A stretch of DNA of 64,000 nt from an uncultured cyanobacterium (GCA_963740315.1 CAVUDP010000002.1:2816001-2880000), one strand, 5' to 3'; positions 1 through 9,517 are shown, numbered from the stretch's first letter. The notes: generated by a model from the sequence alone, not told the origin. Numbers and translations: made by a program.

Positions 1-651
1 TACACTATAAAAGCTGGAGATACCCTAAGCGCGATCGCACAACTTCATTTAGGTAGCGCTAACCGTTGGCAAGAGATAACTAAAGATACGGGAGAATGCT
101 TTACTGAAAACGAAGCGCGTCGTTTACAAATCGGGCAAGTTGTTTATTTACCGTTAGAAAATACTACTAATACTAATATTCAAGCTGATTGTAATAATAA
201 AAAAATTAGTAATAATGGTTTAAAATTTATTGCCGAGCATGAAGGAATGATTCTAAATCTTTATAACGATCCTGCCAATCATGCCACAATTGGTGTAGGA
301 CATTTAGTACATTACGGTCCAATTAATGGCAGCGAACCGGAAGAATTTAAACGTGGAATTACTAAAGATAGGGCAATGGAAATTTTACAATCTGATGTAA
401 TTATAGCAGAAAATACAGTTAATAAATTAGTAAAAGTACCGCTGAATCAAAATCAATTTGATGCCCTTGTGAGTTTTGTATTTAATATTGGAGAAACACA
501 ATTTTCATCTTCTACACTGTTAGCTAAATTGAATAACAAAGATTACAATTGCGTGCCAAGCGAATTAAATCGTTGGGTTCATGGTGACGGGGAAAAATTA
601 CCCGGTTTAATTAACCGTCGTCGGGATGAAGGGAATTTATTTAAGAAATAA
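1..651 (+). CDS. LysM-domain + GH24 (phage-type) lysozyme; 5' end lies outside the window
   Basis: Frame +1 is open from base 1 (YTIKAGDTLSAIAQ...LQIGQVVYLP = LysM) and continues in frame into the 247..651 ORF. The GH24 triad E-x8-D-x5-T is intact (EGMILNLYNDPANHAT), and LNQNQFDALVSFVFNIG and GLINRRRDE are present. Confidence 0.9.
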   Translation, partial: YTIKAGDTLSAIAQLHLGSANRWQEITKDTGECFTENEARRLQIGQVVYLPLENTTNTNIQADCNNKKISNNGLKFIAEHEGMILNLYNDPANHATIGVGHLVHYGPINGSEPEEFKRGITKDRAMEILQSDVIIAENTVNKLVKVPLNQNQFDALVSFVFNIGETQFSSSTLLAKLNNKDYNCVPSELNRWVHGDGEKLPGLINRRRDEGNLFKK

Positions 652-679
652 CAGTCTGATTAATTGCTTTACAACCGTC

Positions 680-810
680 TAAGTACTTAGGTAAAATTAA
701 TTGTGCATTTGTCATTGCGAGTGGAACGAAGTGAAACGACGCAATCTCAAAGTGTTGCGATTGCTCCGCTGTCGCTCGCAATGACACAAATAATTTTGCA
801 CACCCACTTA
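680..810. mobile_element. 131-bp MITE-like element with imperfect terminal inverted repeats and an internal GTCATTGCGA...TCGCAATGAC palindrome
   Basis: Ends TAAGTACTTAGGTAAAATTAATTGTG and CACAAATAATTTTGCACACCCACTTA are inverted repeats with TA at both termini. A second, expanded copy is at 51121-51320. Confidence 0.75.
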
Positions 811-840
811 CTATATATATAAGCTAATATTTATAACCGT

Positions 841-1065
841 ATGGAAACTAAACAAATTCTGGAACTACTACCTCAGTTAAGCACGGATGATAAGCTGAAA
901 ATTGTCGAATTAGCACTACAATTAGTTAATCAAGAACAACAGTCTTTGACTTCAGATGAGCAAAAACGACTTTTAGCTGCTGCTGCAAAAACAGCGATAG
1001 ATGATTATACAGAAGGTAGCGAACTTCTCGTCTTTTCTGAAATTGAAGGAGAATTTTATGATTAA
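841..1065 (+). CDS. small hypothetical protein, putative orphan antitoxin
   Basis: 74-aa helical protein with an acidic C-terminus (LAAAAKTAIDDYTEGSELLVFSEIEGEFYD). It resembles, from recall, small proteins encoded upstream of PemK/MazF toxins; no toxin ORF follows. Confidence 0.55.
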   Translation: METKQILELLPQLSTDDKLKIVELALQLVNQEQQSLTSDEQKRLLAAAAKTAIDDYTEGSELLVFSEIEGEFYD

Positions 1066-1164
1066 TAAGAAAAGCTGAACTTTCAGACTCATCCATGCTT
1101 CTTGTTTCTCAAGCATTAGCGACTGTTTTGAGCCTTTGAATTTACTATTACCAATTAATTAATA

Positions 1165-1626
1165 ATGTCTAACTTTTATCAAAATAACCCGCTACTTGGA
1201 ACTTGGAAACTAATTTCCATAACGGCTATATTTCCCGACGGAAATGTTGATAAAGAAGCATTTGGAGCTAATCCCATTGGCTATATCACCTATACCATCG
1301 AAGGTAAAATGATGGTGATTTTCTCAAAAGGCGATCGCACATTATTAAGCGGTAATTCAGCTTCACCTCTTACTGCTGCTATACATCAGGTACCAATTGA
1401 AGAGCGATCGCAAGCGCTTTCTACTTTTAATTCATACGCTGGAAGTTATACCTTTGATGGTAATAAAGTTATTCATCATGTCGAAATCGCATCAATTCCC
1501 AATCGTGTAGGTAAGAATTTAACTAGAAATTTTAAATTAGATGGCAATCGAGTTACTTTAACAACCCCACCAAGTAAAAGCGATGATGCACAAAAATTTG
1601 AATTGGTGTGGGAACGGGTAGAATAG
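1165..1626 (+). CDS. lipocalin-like domain protein (Lipocalin_5 type)
   Basis: LLGTWKLIS, GYITYT..G.M, SYAGSY and C-terminal LVWERV motifs. Confidence 0.8.
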   Translation: MSNFYQNNPLLGTWKLISITAIFPDGNVDKEAFGANPIGYITYTIEGKMMVIFSKGDRTLLSGNSASPLTAAIHQVPIEERSQALSTFNSYAGSYTFDGNKVIHHVEIASIPNRVGKNLTRNFKLDGNRVTLTTPPSKSDDAQKFELVWERVE

Positions 1627-1672
1627 TCAGAGGTCAAAGGTTAAAGGTTGAAGATTATTTCTTTAATAGAAT

Positions 1673-1733
1673 AAAAAAACCGCAAAACACGAAGTTTCAC
1701 GGCTTTTAAGTGTAATGTGAGGAGCTTAACTTT
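1673..1733 (-). ncRNA. candidate sRNA copy 1 (Yfr1-like seed, about 60 nt)
   Basis: Minus strand: TATAAT (1745-1740), then GCUCCUCACAUUACAC, then a hairpin GCCGUGAAAC/GUUUUGCGGU that needs G-U pairs (so is strand-specific), then a U-tract. Confidence 0.55.
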
Positions 1734-1879
1734 AACACCATTATAACCAGCAAGTTGCTGCACAAACCCTTGCGTATCGATTTTTGTAACAATATTTTGA
1801 ATTAGACAAACATCGATTTTGACTATTTATATTTCTTCCTAAAGGATGAGCTAAAAATACTCTGCGCTCCCGTGCATAT

Positions 1880-1956
1880 AAAAAAAGAAAACCGTGGGAT
1901 ATTTCAGGGAGGTCCACGGTTTTAAATAATATGGTGTAAGGAGATTTGCTTATTTA
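1880..1956 (-). ncRNA. candidate sRNA copy 2 (Yfr1-like seed, about 77 nt)
   Basis: Minus strand: TAGAAT (1968-1963), UCUCCUUACACCAUAU, hairpin AAAACCGUGG/CCACGGUUUU and a U-tract. Layout parallels copy 1. Confidence 0.5.
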
Positions 1957-2060
1957 ATCTTAATTCTATAATTAGCAAGCTCTAATAGTTCGCTGGTAAC
2001 AATTTTGGTAACGGGATAATTTTGCTTTCTTATTTATGCAATTGTCAGCAAATACTATAC

Positions 2061-3047
2061 TTACAATAAAGCACCACCACAACTCGATCCGCTACCAGCA
2101 GTGCAACCATAACAGTAGTTAGCAGTTTGCACTTCACCAATCAAGTTTAAATTACCCGCTTCGAGCAACTTGGCTACTGTAATATTTTCTCCATTACGAG
2201 TTTTCGCAGGTAAATTCATCATCTGGTTGAAGTCGCAATCGTAAACGTTACCGAGATAATCAATTGAGAGTTCATCGCGACACATCAAATTTTCCACGGT
2301 AACGGCGTTGAAATTCGATTCCAGAAAGTGTAAGTAAGGCTTGTATAGTTTCGTTCTTTCTAAATGAAACTTAGTTCTACCAACAGGTAAATTAGTTATG
2401 GCAAATAAGTTGTCGAATACAATACCGAAGTTATCCTGCAAAAACTTTTTGTAATCCTGTTCTAACTTAACTTGGTTGGGAGTTAAAGCAAAATTTTCGT
2501 TTGTAGGTAATTGTGGGTTGTAAACCAAATCCAAAATTAAATCTGATTCCTTGGCATAACCCAATTGATTTAACCATTGCAGCGCTTTCACCGAAGCATC
2601 AAAAACACCATCACCGCGCATTTTATCAACATTATCGGCAAGGTAACAAGGTAAAGAAGCAACAACTCTAACTTTGTGTTGAGCAAAGTATTCTGGAATA
2701 TCGCCAAATCCATCCTCAAAATAAATAGTTAAATTCGAGCGAACAATTACCTGTTTATCATTCTTTCTTGCAGCTTCTACAAGTTGCTTAAAACCATAAT
2801 TCATTTCCGGTGCGCCACCAGTTAAGTCTACAATTTTAATCTCAGGAAATCTGTTAATTACTTCAATTAACTGCTCGCAAATTTCTTGAGAAAGTTCTTC
2901 AGTTCTTTTTGGTCCCGCATCCACATGACAGTGACTGCAAGCAAGATTACAACGCTTACCTAAATTGATTTGTAAAACGTTGATTTGATTTTTTGTTAAG
3001 GTCGAATTGAGTTTACGTTTGAAAGGTGTTACTGTAGTTTGAATCAT
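2061..3047 (-). CDS. arsS: arsenosugar biosynthesis radical SAM protein
   Basis: CxxxCxxC motif (CNLACSHC), DLTGGAPE and C-terminal CYGCTAGSGSSCGGAL; lies downstream of arsM. Confidence 0.88.
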   Translation of the reverse strand: MIQTTVTPFKRKLNSTLTKNQINVLQINLGKRCNLACSHCHVDAGPKRTEELSQEICEQLIEVINRFPEIKIVDLTGGAPEMNYGFKQLVEAARKNDKQVIVRSNLTIYFEDGFGDIPEYFAQHKVRVVASLPCYLADNVDKMRGDGVFDASVKALQWLNQLGYAKESDLILDLVYNPQLPTNENFALTPNQVKLEQDYKKFLQDNFGIVFDNLFAITNLPVGRTKFHLERTKLYKPYLHFLESNFNAVTVENLMCRDELSIDYLGNVYDCDFNQMMNLPAKTRNGENITVAKLLEAGNLNLIGEVQTANYCYGCTAGSGSSCGGALL

Positions 3048-3242
3048 AAATAATTGGTAATTGGGGATTGGGGATTGGTATACCCCCGCACGCTCCGCGT
3101 GAATGGGGATTGGTAATTGGACGTTTTTCGTTTAGGAAAAAAAAATCGTCAATAAAAAATAGCAAGGGAGCAAGATGCTCCCACTACAAATGATTTATTA
3201 ATTCCTAACTGGTAACTGGTAACTGCTCACTGTTCACTGATA

Positions 3243-4211
3243 TTAACAGCATCCGCCGCCGTCGTAGTACCAGGTTGAATCGGTGACAATGACTTTTTCT
3301 GGTAAGGCAGCAGCTAAGTTTCTAGCAGTTTTATCGCATACGGCTGCTGGAATTCCTCGCTGTAAAATATGACCGTTGTTATCATCAAAGTATGGTTCAG
3401 ATCCAGCATATATTGCTGTTTTTCCGGTGAAAATACAAGCGCCATCTTCTGGAATTGCTACTTTAAATGCTACTGAATCAAGACTTTCTAAAAGTAGATT
3501 TTCTTCTAAGTTATAAGTAATAGCTTCCAACAGACGATAAGGACGACGAGCGCGAATTTCAACTTGTCCAAAACCAACATTTATAATGCGTTGAACATAC
3601 TCGTCATAAGTTAACGCACCAGATAAACACATGGCTCGCAAACGCTCATCTTTTTTTAAATGTTCGGGTATTGAACTAGTAGCAATTGGATCGCTCATTT
3701 GTAAACGTCCGCCCGGTTTTAATACACGATATGCTTCTTTTAAAGCACGAGTTAAATCTTCGGGTTCAAAAATATTAAAAAGACAGTTTTGGGCAACAAT
3801 ATCAACCGAACTATCGGGAACTGGTATATTAAAAGCATCGCCTTCGCGAATTTCTACGAAGCTAGTATCAAACCAAGGATTATCTTTAGCTGCAACTTCT
3901 AAATTCTCCTTCGCAGCTTTACGCATATCTGCAACTGGATCTACTGCAATTACCGCACCAGCACGACGGGAGAAGTAAGCGAATTGTAAAGCTTCCAAAC
4001 CACCACCAACGCCTACATATAATACAGTTGGATCGTTATTGAGTTCGTTAGCGTGAACCGTGGTACCGCAACCGTAATTCATTTCCTGCATTTTCAAAGG
4101 AATATGCAAACCCGGTAACTGCATTGGCGTACTTTGCACGCAACAAAGTCCAACTTCGGGGGTTTGCGCTACTTCGCTGTAAAATTGGGCTGCCGTTTCT
4201 AGGTAGGTCAT
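3243..4211 (-). CDS. arsM: arsenite S-adenosylmethionine methyltransferase (arsenosugar type)
   Basis: GLCC near the N-terminus, NYGCGTTV, SAM motif LYVGVGGG, QNCLFN, RAMCLSGA and terminal GGGCC. Confidence 0.88.
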   Translation of the reverse strand: MTYLETAAQFYSEVAQTPEVGLCCVQSTPMQLPGLHIPLKMQEMNYGCGTTVHANELNNDPTVLYVGVGGGLEALQFAYFSRRAGAVIAVDPVADMRKAAKENLEVAAKDNPWFDTSFVEIREGDAFNIPVPDSSVDIVAQNCLFNIFEPEDLTRALKEAYRVLKPGGRLQMSDPIATSSIPEHLKKDERLRAMCLSGALTYDEYVQRIINVGFGQVEIRARRPYRLLEAITYNLEENLLLESLDSVAFKVAIPEDGACIFTGKTAIYAGSEPYFDDNNGHILQRGIPAAVCDKTARNLAAALPEKVIVTDSTWYYDGGGCC

Positions 4212-4531
4212 TCGATTTTGGATTTACGATTTTGGATTTTAGATTGTTCTTAAAAGAAGCTAAATAAATAGTAATATTAATAACTCTAAGTTGTGCGAAC
4301 GTTAGATGAAAATCGATTTAGTTGAAAAAAGCGGTAGCAGGTAAAACACCCGCCCCACTGTTGATTCTACAAGGCTGACAAAAATCTAGGAACAGATTCT
4401 TTATATATTTATTTAAATATGTTTTCCCCTGTGCTAGATGAGTTTTTGCTGAGAGCAAGCTTAGATAAGATTAATTTTTATTCATCATTCTTGAGAGGTA
4501 AAATACATTACGCTTGCAGTTTTAAATAAAC

Positions 4532-5206
4532 TCATCGCAAAACATAACCAACACCCCGTACCGTTTGAATCAGCCGCTTTTCGTTATTCGCTTCCAACTT
4601 CAACCGCAGGTAACGCACGTAAACTTCGATAATGTTGGAATCCCCCATGAAATCGTAACCCCAGACTTCTTCGAGAATGCGATCGCGTGTTATGACTTGT
4701 CGGGGATGTCCCAGTAAATATTCGAGTAAATCAAACTCTTTTGCTGTCAATTCGATCGCTCGCGAATCTCGGTTAACTTCCCTAGTGCTGCGGTTTAATT
4801 TTAAATCCTCAAACTGCAAAATATCTGCGTCACTTTCTTCGGATGTTCTGCGAATGCGTGCCCGTACTCTCGCCAATAGCTCTTCAACACTGAACGGTTT
4901 TACTACATAGTCATCCGCACCTGCATCCAAACCAGCAACGCGATCGCTAACTTCGTCTTTTGCGGTTAACAAAATTATCGGTACTTTATCGCCGGTGCTT
5001 CGCAAGCGTCGGCAAATTTCTAAACCAGTCATACCCGGTAGCATCCAGTCTAAAAGGATTAAATCGGGTTGAGATTCCCGCGCCATCGTTAATCCGCTTA
5101 ATCCATCATTAGCAACGCTGACTTGATAACCTTCAAAACCCAACTCTAATTCTACAAATTTAGCCAGTTTTACTTCATCTTCTACCAGTAAAATGTGCGC
5201 TGTCAT
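4532..5206 (-). CDS. OmpR/PhoB-family response regulator
   Basis: REC domain (ILLVEDE, LLDWMLP, KPF) plus winged helix ending IQTVRGVGY. Confidence 0.95.
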   Translation of the reverse strand: MTAHILLVEDEVKLAKFVELELGFEGYQVSVANDGLSGLTMARESQPDLILLDWMLPGMTGLEICRRLRSTGDKVPIILLTAKDEVSDRVAGLDAGADDYVVKPFSVEELLARVRARIRRTSEESDADILQFEDLKLNRSTREVNRDSRAIELTAKEFDLLEYLLGHPRQVITRDRILEEVWGYDFMGDSNIIEVYVRYLRLKLEANNEKRLIQTVRGVGYVLR

Positions 5207-5414
5207 AATTAATTATTCTAAATATTTTAAATGGTTTTCTAATTTTATTTTATGTATATATTGTGACCTTTTTCAATAATTGATGTTACAGCAGGTTCGT
5301 TTTAATTTTAACAAAAGTGTTGTATATTATTTGTATTTATTGCATAAAAACTTGATTCCAAGCATCTTACTACCAACTTTTACAAAAAACGTATAATTTT
5401 TTAATAAAAAATCT

Positions 5415-6659
5415 ATGCTATTACAATCTCAGCAGAAACAGCGAACTTTAGAAGTTTTATCATCTCTTAGTTACCGCGATGGAGAACTAGATAAATTTTT
5501 ACAAGAAATTGCGATCGGTGTTAGTAAGTTAATTACCATTGATTGGTCTGTTGTTACTCTTTGTAAAAACGGTTTTGATAAGATTCTTGCTAGCAGTATA
5601 GAACTGGATGATTATGAAACTACTTATTCATTGCACGGTGTTGTTACCGGAACGGTAGTAGAAACAGGAAAAAGCCTTACAGTTGATGATACCAAAACCT
5701 GTAGGTCACATGGTGCATTACCATCCGGATATCGTTCTTATTTAGGAGTTCCATTACGTACTTCTCAAGGACAAGTTATCGGTACAATTTGCTCGTTTCA
5801 CCAGCAACCCCGCAAATATAATACTGAAGAAATTGCAATTGTTGAATTATTTGCCGAACGTGCAGCAACTGCGATCGATAATTATCAACTTTATCAGCAA
5901 CAATGTCAATTTAACGAAATATTAGAAGCTGAAGTTGCCAAAAGAACGGAAGAATTGAAAGCCGCACAAGCCTCACTTGTAGAAAAAGTACGTTTGGCGG
6001 CGATTGGAGAATTTGCTTCCGGTATTATTCACGAAATTCGTAACCCGTTTACTACGATGAAAATGGGTTTAAATTATTTTAAAAAAGTTGATCGATCGGA
6101 AGCTTCTCAAATGCGGGTATCTTTAGCATTAGACGAAGCAGATAGATTAGAAAGATTGTTAAAAGAAATTTTACTATATGCAAAACCTCAAAAATTAGAT
6201 TTGCAACCAATAAATATAGATCGGTTGATAGGAGAAATGTTGGAATCGCTGCGAATGATACCTTTCTCAATTCAACGTCAGATAGAATATTATCCCCCAT
6301 CAACTCAGTTAAAAGTAATGGGAGATAAAGATAAACTCAAACAAATTATAATTAATCTTGTGCGTAACGCTTGTGAAGCTGTAAGCGTAGGAGAAACTGT
6401 CAAAATTAAGCTTGAACTTGAAAATTATCAGGAACAAAAAGAGCAGGTATCGATTAACATTTGCAACGGTGGCGAACCCATCCCTCCAGAGATTTTGCCG
6501 AAATTAACTCAGCCTTTTTACTCAACAAAATCTTCAGGAACTGGATTAGGATTGGCAATAGTTAAACGCATAGTAGAATCTCATGATGGTGAATTGTTAA
6601 TCAAATCTTCTATAGAAGAAGGAACAATAATAAGCGTAAAATTACCAACTTGCTCTTAG
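5415..6659 (+). CDS. GAF-domain sensor histidine kinase
   Basis: GAF domain (SYLGVPLRT), H-box IIHEIRNP, N-box NLVRNA, G-box TKSSGTGLGL. Confidence 0.93.
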   Translation: MLLQSQQKQRTLEVLSSLSYRDGELDKFLQEIAIGVSKLITIDWSVVTLCKNGFDKILASSIELDDYETTYSLHGVVTGTVVETGKSLTVDDTKTCRSHGALPSGYRSYLGVPLRTSQGQVIGTICSFHQQPRKYNTEEIAIVELFAERAATAIDNYQLYQQQCQFNEILEAEVAKRTEELKAAQASLVEKVRLAAIGEFASGIIHEIRNPFTTMKMGLNYFKKVDRSEASQMRVSLALDEADRLERLLKEILLYAKPQKLDLQPINIDRLIGEMLESLRMIPFSIQRQIEYYPPSTQLKVMGDKDKLKQIIINLVRNACEAVSVGETVKIKLELENYQEQKEQVSINICNGGEPIPPEILPKLTQPFYSTKSSGTGLGLAIVKRIVESHDGELLIKSSIEEGTIISVKLPTCS

Positions 6660-6943
6660 CAATAAGCAGTAATATCTTCACCACACTCATCAGCAAGATA
6701 GCACATAGCTTTAAAGCGTAAAGTCACAACTTGCTCGTAAAGAGGATTTAACTTACACATTGGAGGAATGTGAAATAACTTGCGACCAAAAACTACTATA
6801 TCGCGTTCAAAAGGACATTGTGCGGGAATAGATTTGCAGAGAAAATGAGCTAATTTGGGATTACGAACTTCTTGAGAATCCAGCCATTGACGAACTGGAG
6901 AAAGAAAGCCGTTTTGGGATTTGAATTGAGTAAAGCTTGTCAT
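6656..6943 (-). CDS. Mo-dependent nitrogenase C-terminal-like domain protein
   Basis: IPAQCPFERD...IPPMCKLNPLYEQ...LRFKAMCYLAD signature. Confidence 0.85.
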   Translation of the reverse strand: MTSFTQFKSQNGFLSPVRQWLDSQEVRNPKLAHFLCKSIPAQCPFERDIVVFGRKLFHIPPMCKLNPLYEQVVTLRFKAMCYLADECGEDITAYC

Positions 6944-7470
6944 GATTTTTTACCAGATTATTTAATAGTACAAAATGAACTTTAAATCTTGTTCTATATA
7001 TAAATAGGTTCAGATTTAATAACTTATGCATTTCTTTGAGGAACACCTTTAACTACATACAGCTACTTGAGGGTTCCGGATACTTTGAAGAACGAAAACT
7101 ACTTAATTCATACAGTCTCCCTTGTTAATGAATAAATAGTTATTTAGGTATTTATGAATTTATATTTCAAATTTATATGAATTGTAATGTCGTTTCAATT
7201 CAAGGCGATACATATCAATCATCTATAAACGTTGCACTACAACCTCTGGCTATACTTCGATTTGTATCGATTCGGTTAAATAGGATAAGAGTTTTAGGTG
7301 TTGAAAAACCCAATTTTTTCAAAAAGCCGGGTTTGATAATTCTAAATTTAGGATTTAAGACTGATATATAAGAACCACAAAAGCTTCAATAAGATAAGAT
7401 AGCAGCGTATACACAAGGCTATTTTTCAAACATAGCTCAACAACAACCAGCAACGAAGCGATACTTAAAG

Positions 7471-7860
7471 ATGCCCAAGTGGAAACTTGTAACAGAATTT
7501 ACCTTTGATAGCGCCCATTACATCAAAGATTATAATGGTCCTTGCGGTAGGATGCACGGGCATACTTATACAGTGCGGATAGAAGCAATTAGCAACAAAC
7601 TCCACTCCTCAGAATATTGTCCTCATCCGGTAATGGTTGCCGATTTTAGAAGCTTGCGCTGGGCTAAAAAAGATGTCACCAAAGGAGGATTGGATCATTG
7701 CGTTTTAAACGAAGTCATGCCTCCCGAATATGAAACCACAGCGGAGATGATTGCTAAATATATATACGATGAGACGAAGAAGAAATTACCAGAAGGCGTA
7801 AAAATCAAAGTTGCGGTATCGGAAACGGCGAATTCTTGGGCTGAGTATGAGGATGATTGA
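7471..7860 (+). CDS. queD: 6-carboxytetrahydropterin synthase (QueD/PTPS family)
   Basis: FDSAH, CGRMHGH (CxxxHGH), LDH and TTAE motifs. Confidence 0.85.
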   Translation: MPKWKLVTEFTFDSAHYIKDYNGPCGRMHGHTYTVRIEAISNKLHSSEYCPHPVMVADFRSLRWAKKDVTKGGLDHCVLNEVMPPEYETTAEMIAKYIYDETKKKLPEGVKIKVAVSETANSWAEYEDD

Positions 7861-7897
7861 ATTTAGCGTTATCTAGATAGAAGCCGATAAAAGCAAT

Positions 7898-8926
7898 ATG
7901 AAAGGTAAAACCATTAGAATTTTTTTGGTTGAAGGAACACCAAATAGTATCTTAACAGCAGAAATTATCAACTGGACGGGTAAAGTAATTGTTGCACCGC
8001 GATCGCAACTTCCCGAATTAGCTACACGTACTGAAGCCAAACGTACAGGTGTTTATATTTTAGCTGGTGACAATCCACAAAATCCTATCAAAGAACGTAT
8101 ATATATTGGTGAAAGCGACAACGTTTTTAAAAGATTAACGGAACATAACAAAGACGATAACAAGGATTTTTGGATTCGGACAGCATTAATTATTAGTAAA
8201 GACGAGAACTTAACAAAGTCTCATATCCGTTATCTTGAAAGTAGGTTAATTCAGTTAGCACAGCAAGCAAAAAGAGGTACCCTTGATAATAGCACGGGTC
8301 CAGGAACTCCCCGTTTACCTGAATCTGATACTGCTGATATGGAATTTTTCTTATCGCAAGTTCAAATGCTATTACCAGTACTAGGATTTTCCTTTGTTCT
8401 CCCTGTACCAAAACCAATTTCCGTAAGTGAATCTATAGATGAAGATAATAATATTAAGCCTCAAATTTCACCCATCTTTTACATGAAAGCATCTGGAGCA
8501 GAAGCAAAAGCTCAGGAAATAAATGGTGAGTTTATTGTGTTAAAAGGCTCAAATGCGCGAAAAGAAAATGCAGAATCTTTACATCAAAGAAATCGCGACT
8601 TACGCCAACAACTGATTGAGGAATGTAAATTAACTAATAATCAAGACGAGATATATTTAATTTTTCAAGAAGATGTTTCTTTTAAAAGTCCTAGTGCAGC
8701 CGCTGCTACTATTGCTGGAGCCAGTTACAACGGACGTACAGCATGGAAAGTTATAGAGACTAATAAAACTTATAAAGAATGGCAGGAAACTGAGATTGAG
8801 GAAGCTGAGGAAAATACGAGTGCTTCAGAAAACCAACTTAAACTTTTTCAGGAAGATAATAAAGATGTGTCTACTCCGTACTACGTTGAAAATAACATAG
8901 AGAAAATAGATAGAACAAATAACTAA
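7898..8926 (+). CDS. GIY-YIG nuclease family protein with C-terminal DUF4357/RAMA-like domain
   Basis: GVYIL...IYIGES...RL..H...YLE (GIY-YIG) and C-terminal FKSPSAAAATIAGASYNGRTAWK. Confidence 0.82.
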   Translation: MKGKTIRIFLVEGTPNSILTAEIINWTGKVIVAPRSQLPELATRTEAKRTGVYILAGDNPQNPIKERIYIGESDNVFKRLTEHNKDDNKDFWIRTALIISKDENLTKSHIRYLESRLIQLAQQAKRGTLDNSTGPGTPRLPESDTADMEFFLSQVQMLLPVLGFSFVLPVPKPISVSESIDEDNNIKPQISPIFYMKASGAEAKAQEINGEFIVLKGSNARKENAESLHQRNRDLRQQLIEECKLTNNQDEIYLIFQEDVSFKSPSAAAATIAGASYNGRTAWKVIETNKTYKEWQETEIEEAEENTSASENQLKLFQEDNKDVSTPYYVENNIEKIDRTNN

Positions 8927-8987
8927 TGCCACCTTTTCATCTCATCTCCCCTGTAACAGCTAAAAATAACAATTTAACCGAAGTTTA

Positions 8988-9467
8988 TCAAAGCGATCGC
9001 GGTATTTTCTTGAAGTTTTCTTGAGAATTACATTGAGCAGCTATTCTCAAAGCGAAATTTCCACCGTCTCTAATTTCATTAACATCAGCACCTGTTTCAA
9101 TTAAAAATTTTACAACATCAAGATTTTCACTGCTAACAGCACACATTAATGGTGTCCAGTATTCAGGGTCTTTTAAAGGAATATTGACTATTGCACCTAC
9201 ATCAATTAGTAATTTTACCATTTCTAAATTTCCTTTAGAGGCTGCGATTGCTAAAGGTGTTTCATTGTCGTAAAGTATTCTATCTTCATCATTTACTTCT
9301 GCACCTAATTCAATTAACAAACGCACTATTTCTAAGTTATTTTCTTTTACAGCTTCACTTAAAATTATTGTTCCGCTTGCTTCTTTTACACGACTTCTAT
9401 CGCTAGCAATTGTTTTATGTATTTTTTCTATATTGCCTGCTTTTATGGCTTTTATTAATTTATCCAT
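8988..9467 (-). CDS. ankyrin repeat protein, possibly 3'-truncated
   Basis: Repeats TPLAIAASKGNLEMVKLLID and TPLMCAVSSENLDVVKFLIE; the ORF ends inside the last repeat at a HIP1 site. Confidence 0.85.
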   Translation of the reverse strand: MDKLIKAIKAGNIEKIHKTIASDRSRVKEASGTIILSEAVKENNLEIVRLLIELGAEVNDEDRILYDNETPLAIAASKGNLEMVKLLIDVGAIVNIPLKDPEYWTPLMCAVSSENLDVVKFLIETGADVNEIRDGGNFALRIAAQCNSQENFKKIPRSL

Positions 9468-9517
9468 ATTTCACAGTTATAATTCCTAAAAAGGTAGATA
9501 TTATTTATCAATAACTT

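Noticed and set aside
1710..1770. Plus-strand Yfr2-like RNA starting TGTGAGGAG
   Set aside because: No GGAAACA loop motif; the promoter and terminator polarity support the minus strand instead.
1774..1790. NtcA or RpaB (HLR1) site upstream of the candidate sRNAs
   Set aside because: Does not fit GTA-N8-TAC, and the repeat period is 12 bp rather than the 10 bp of HLR1. Regulator left unassigned.
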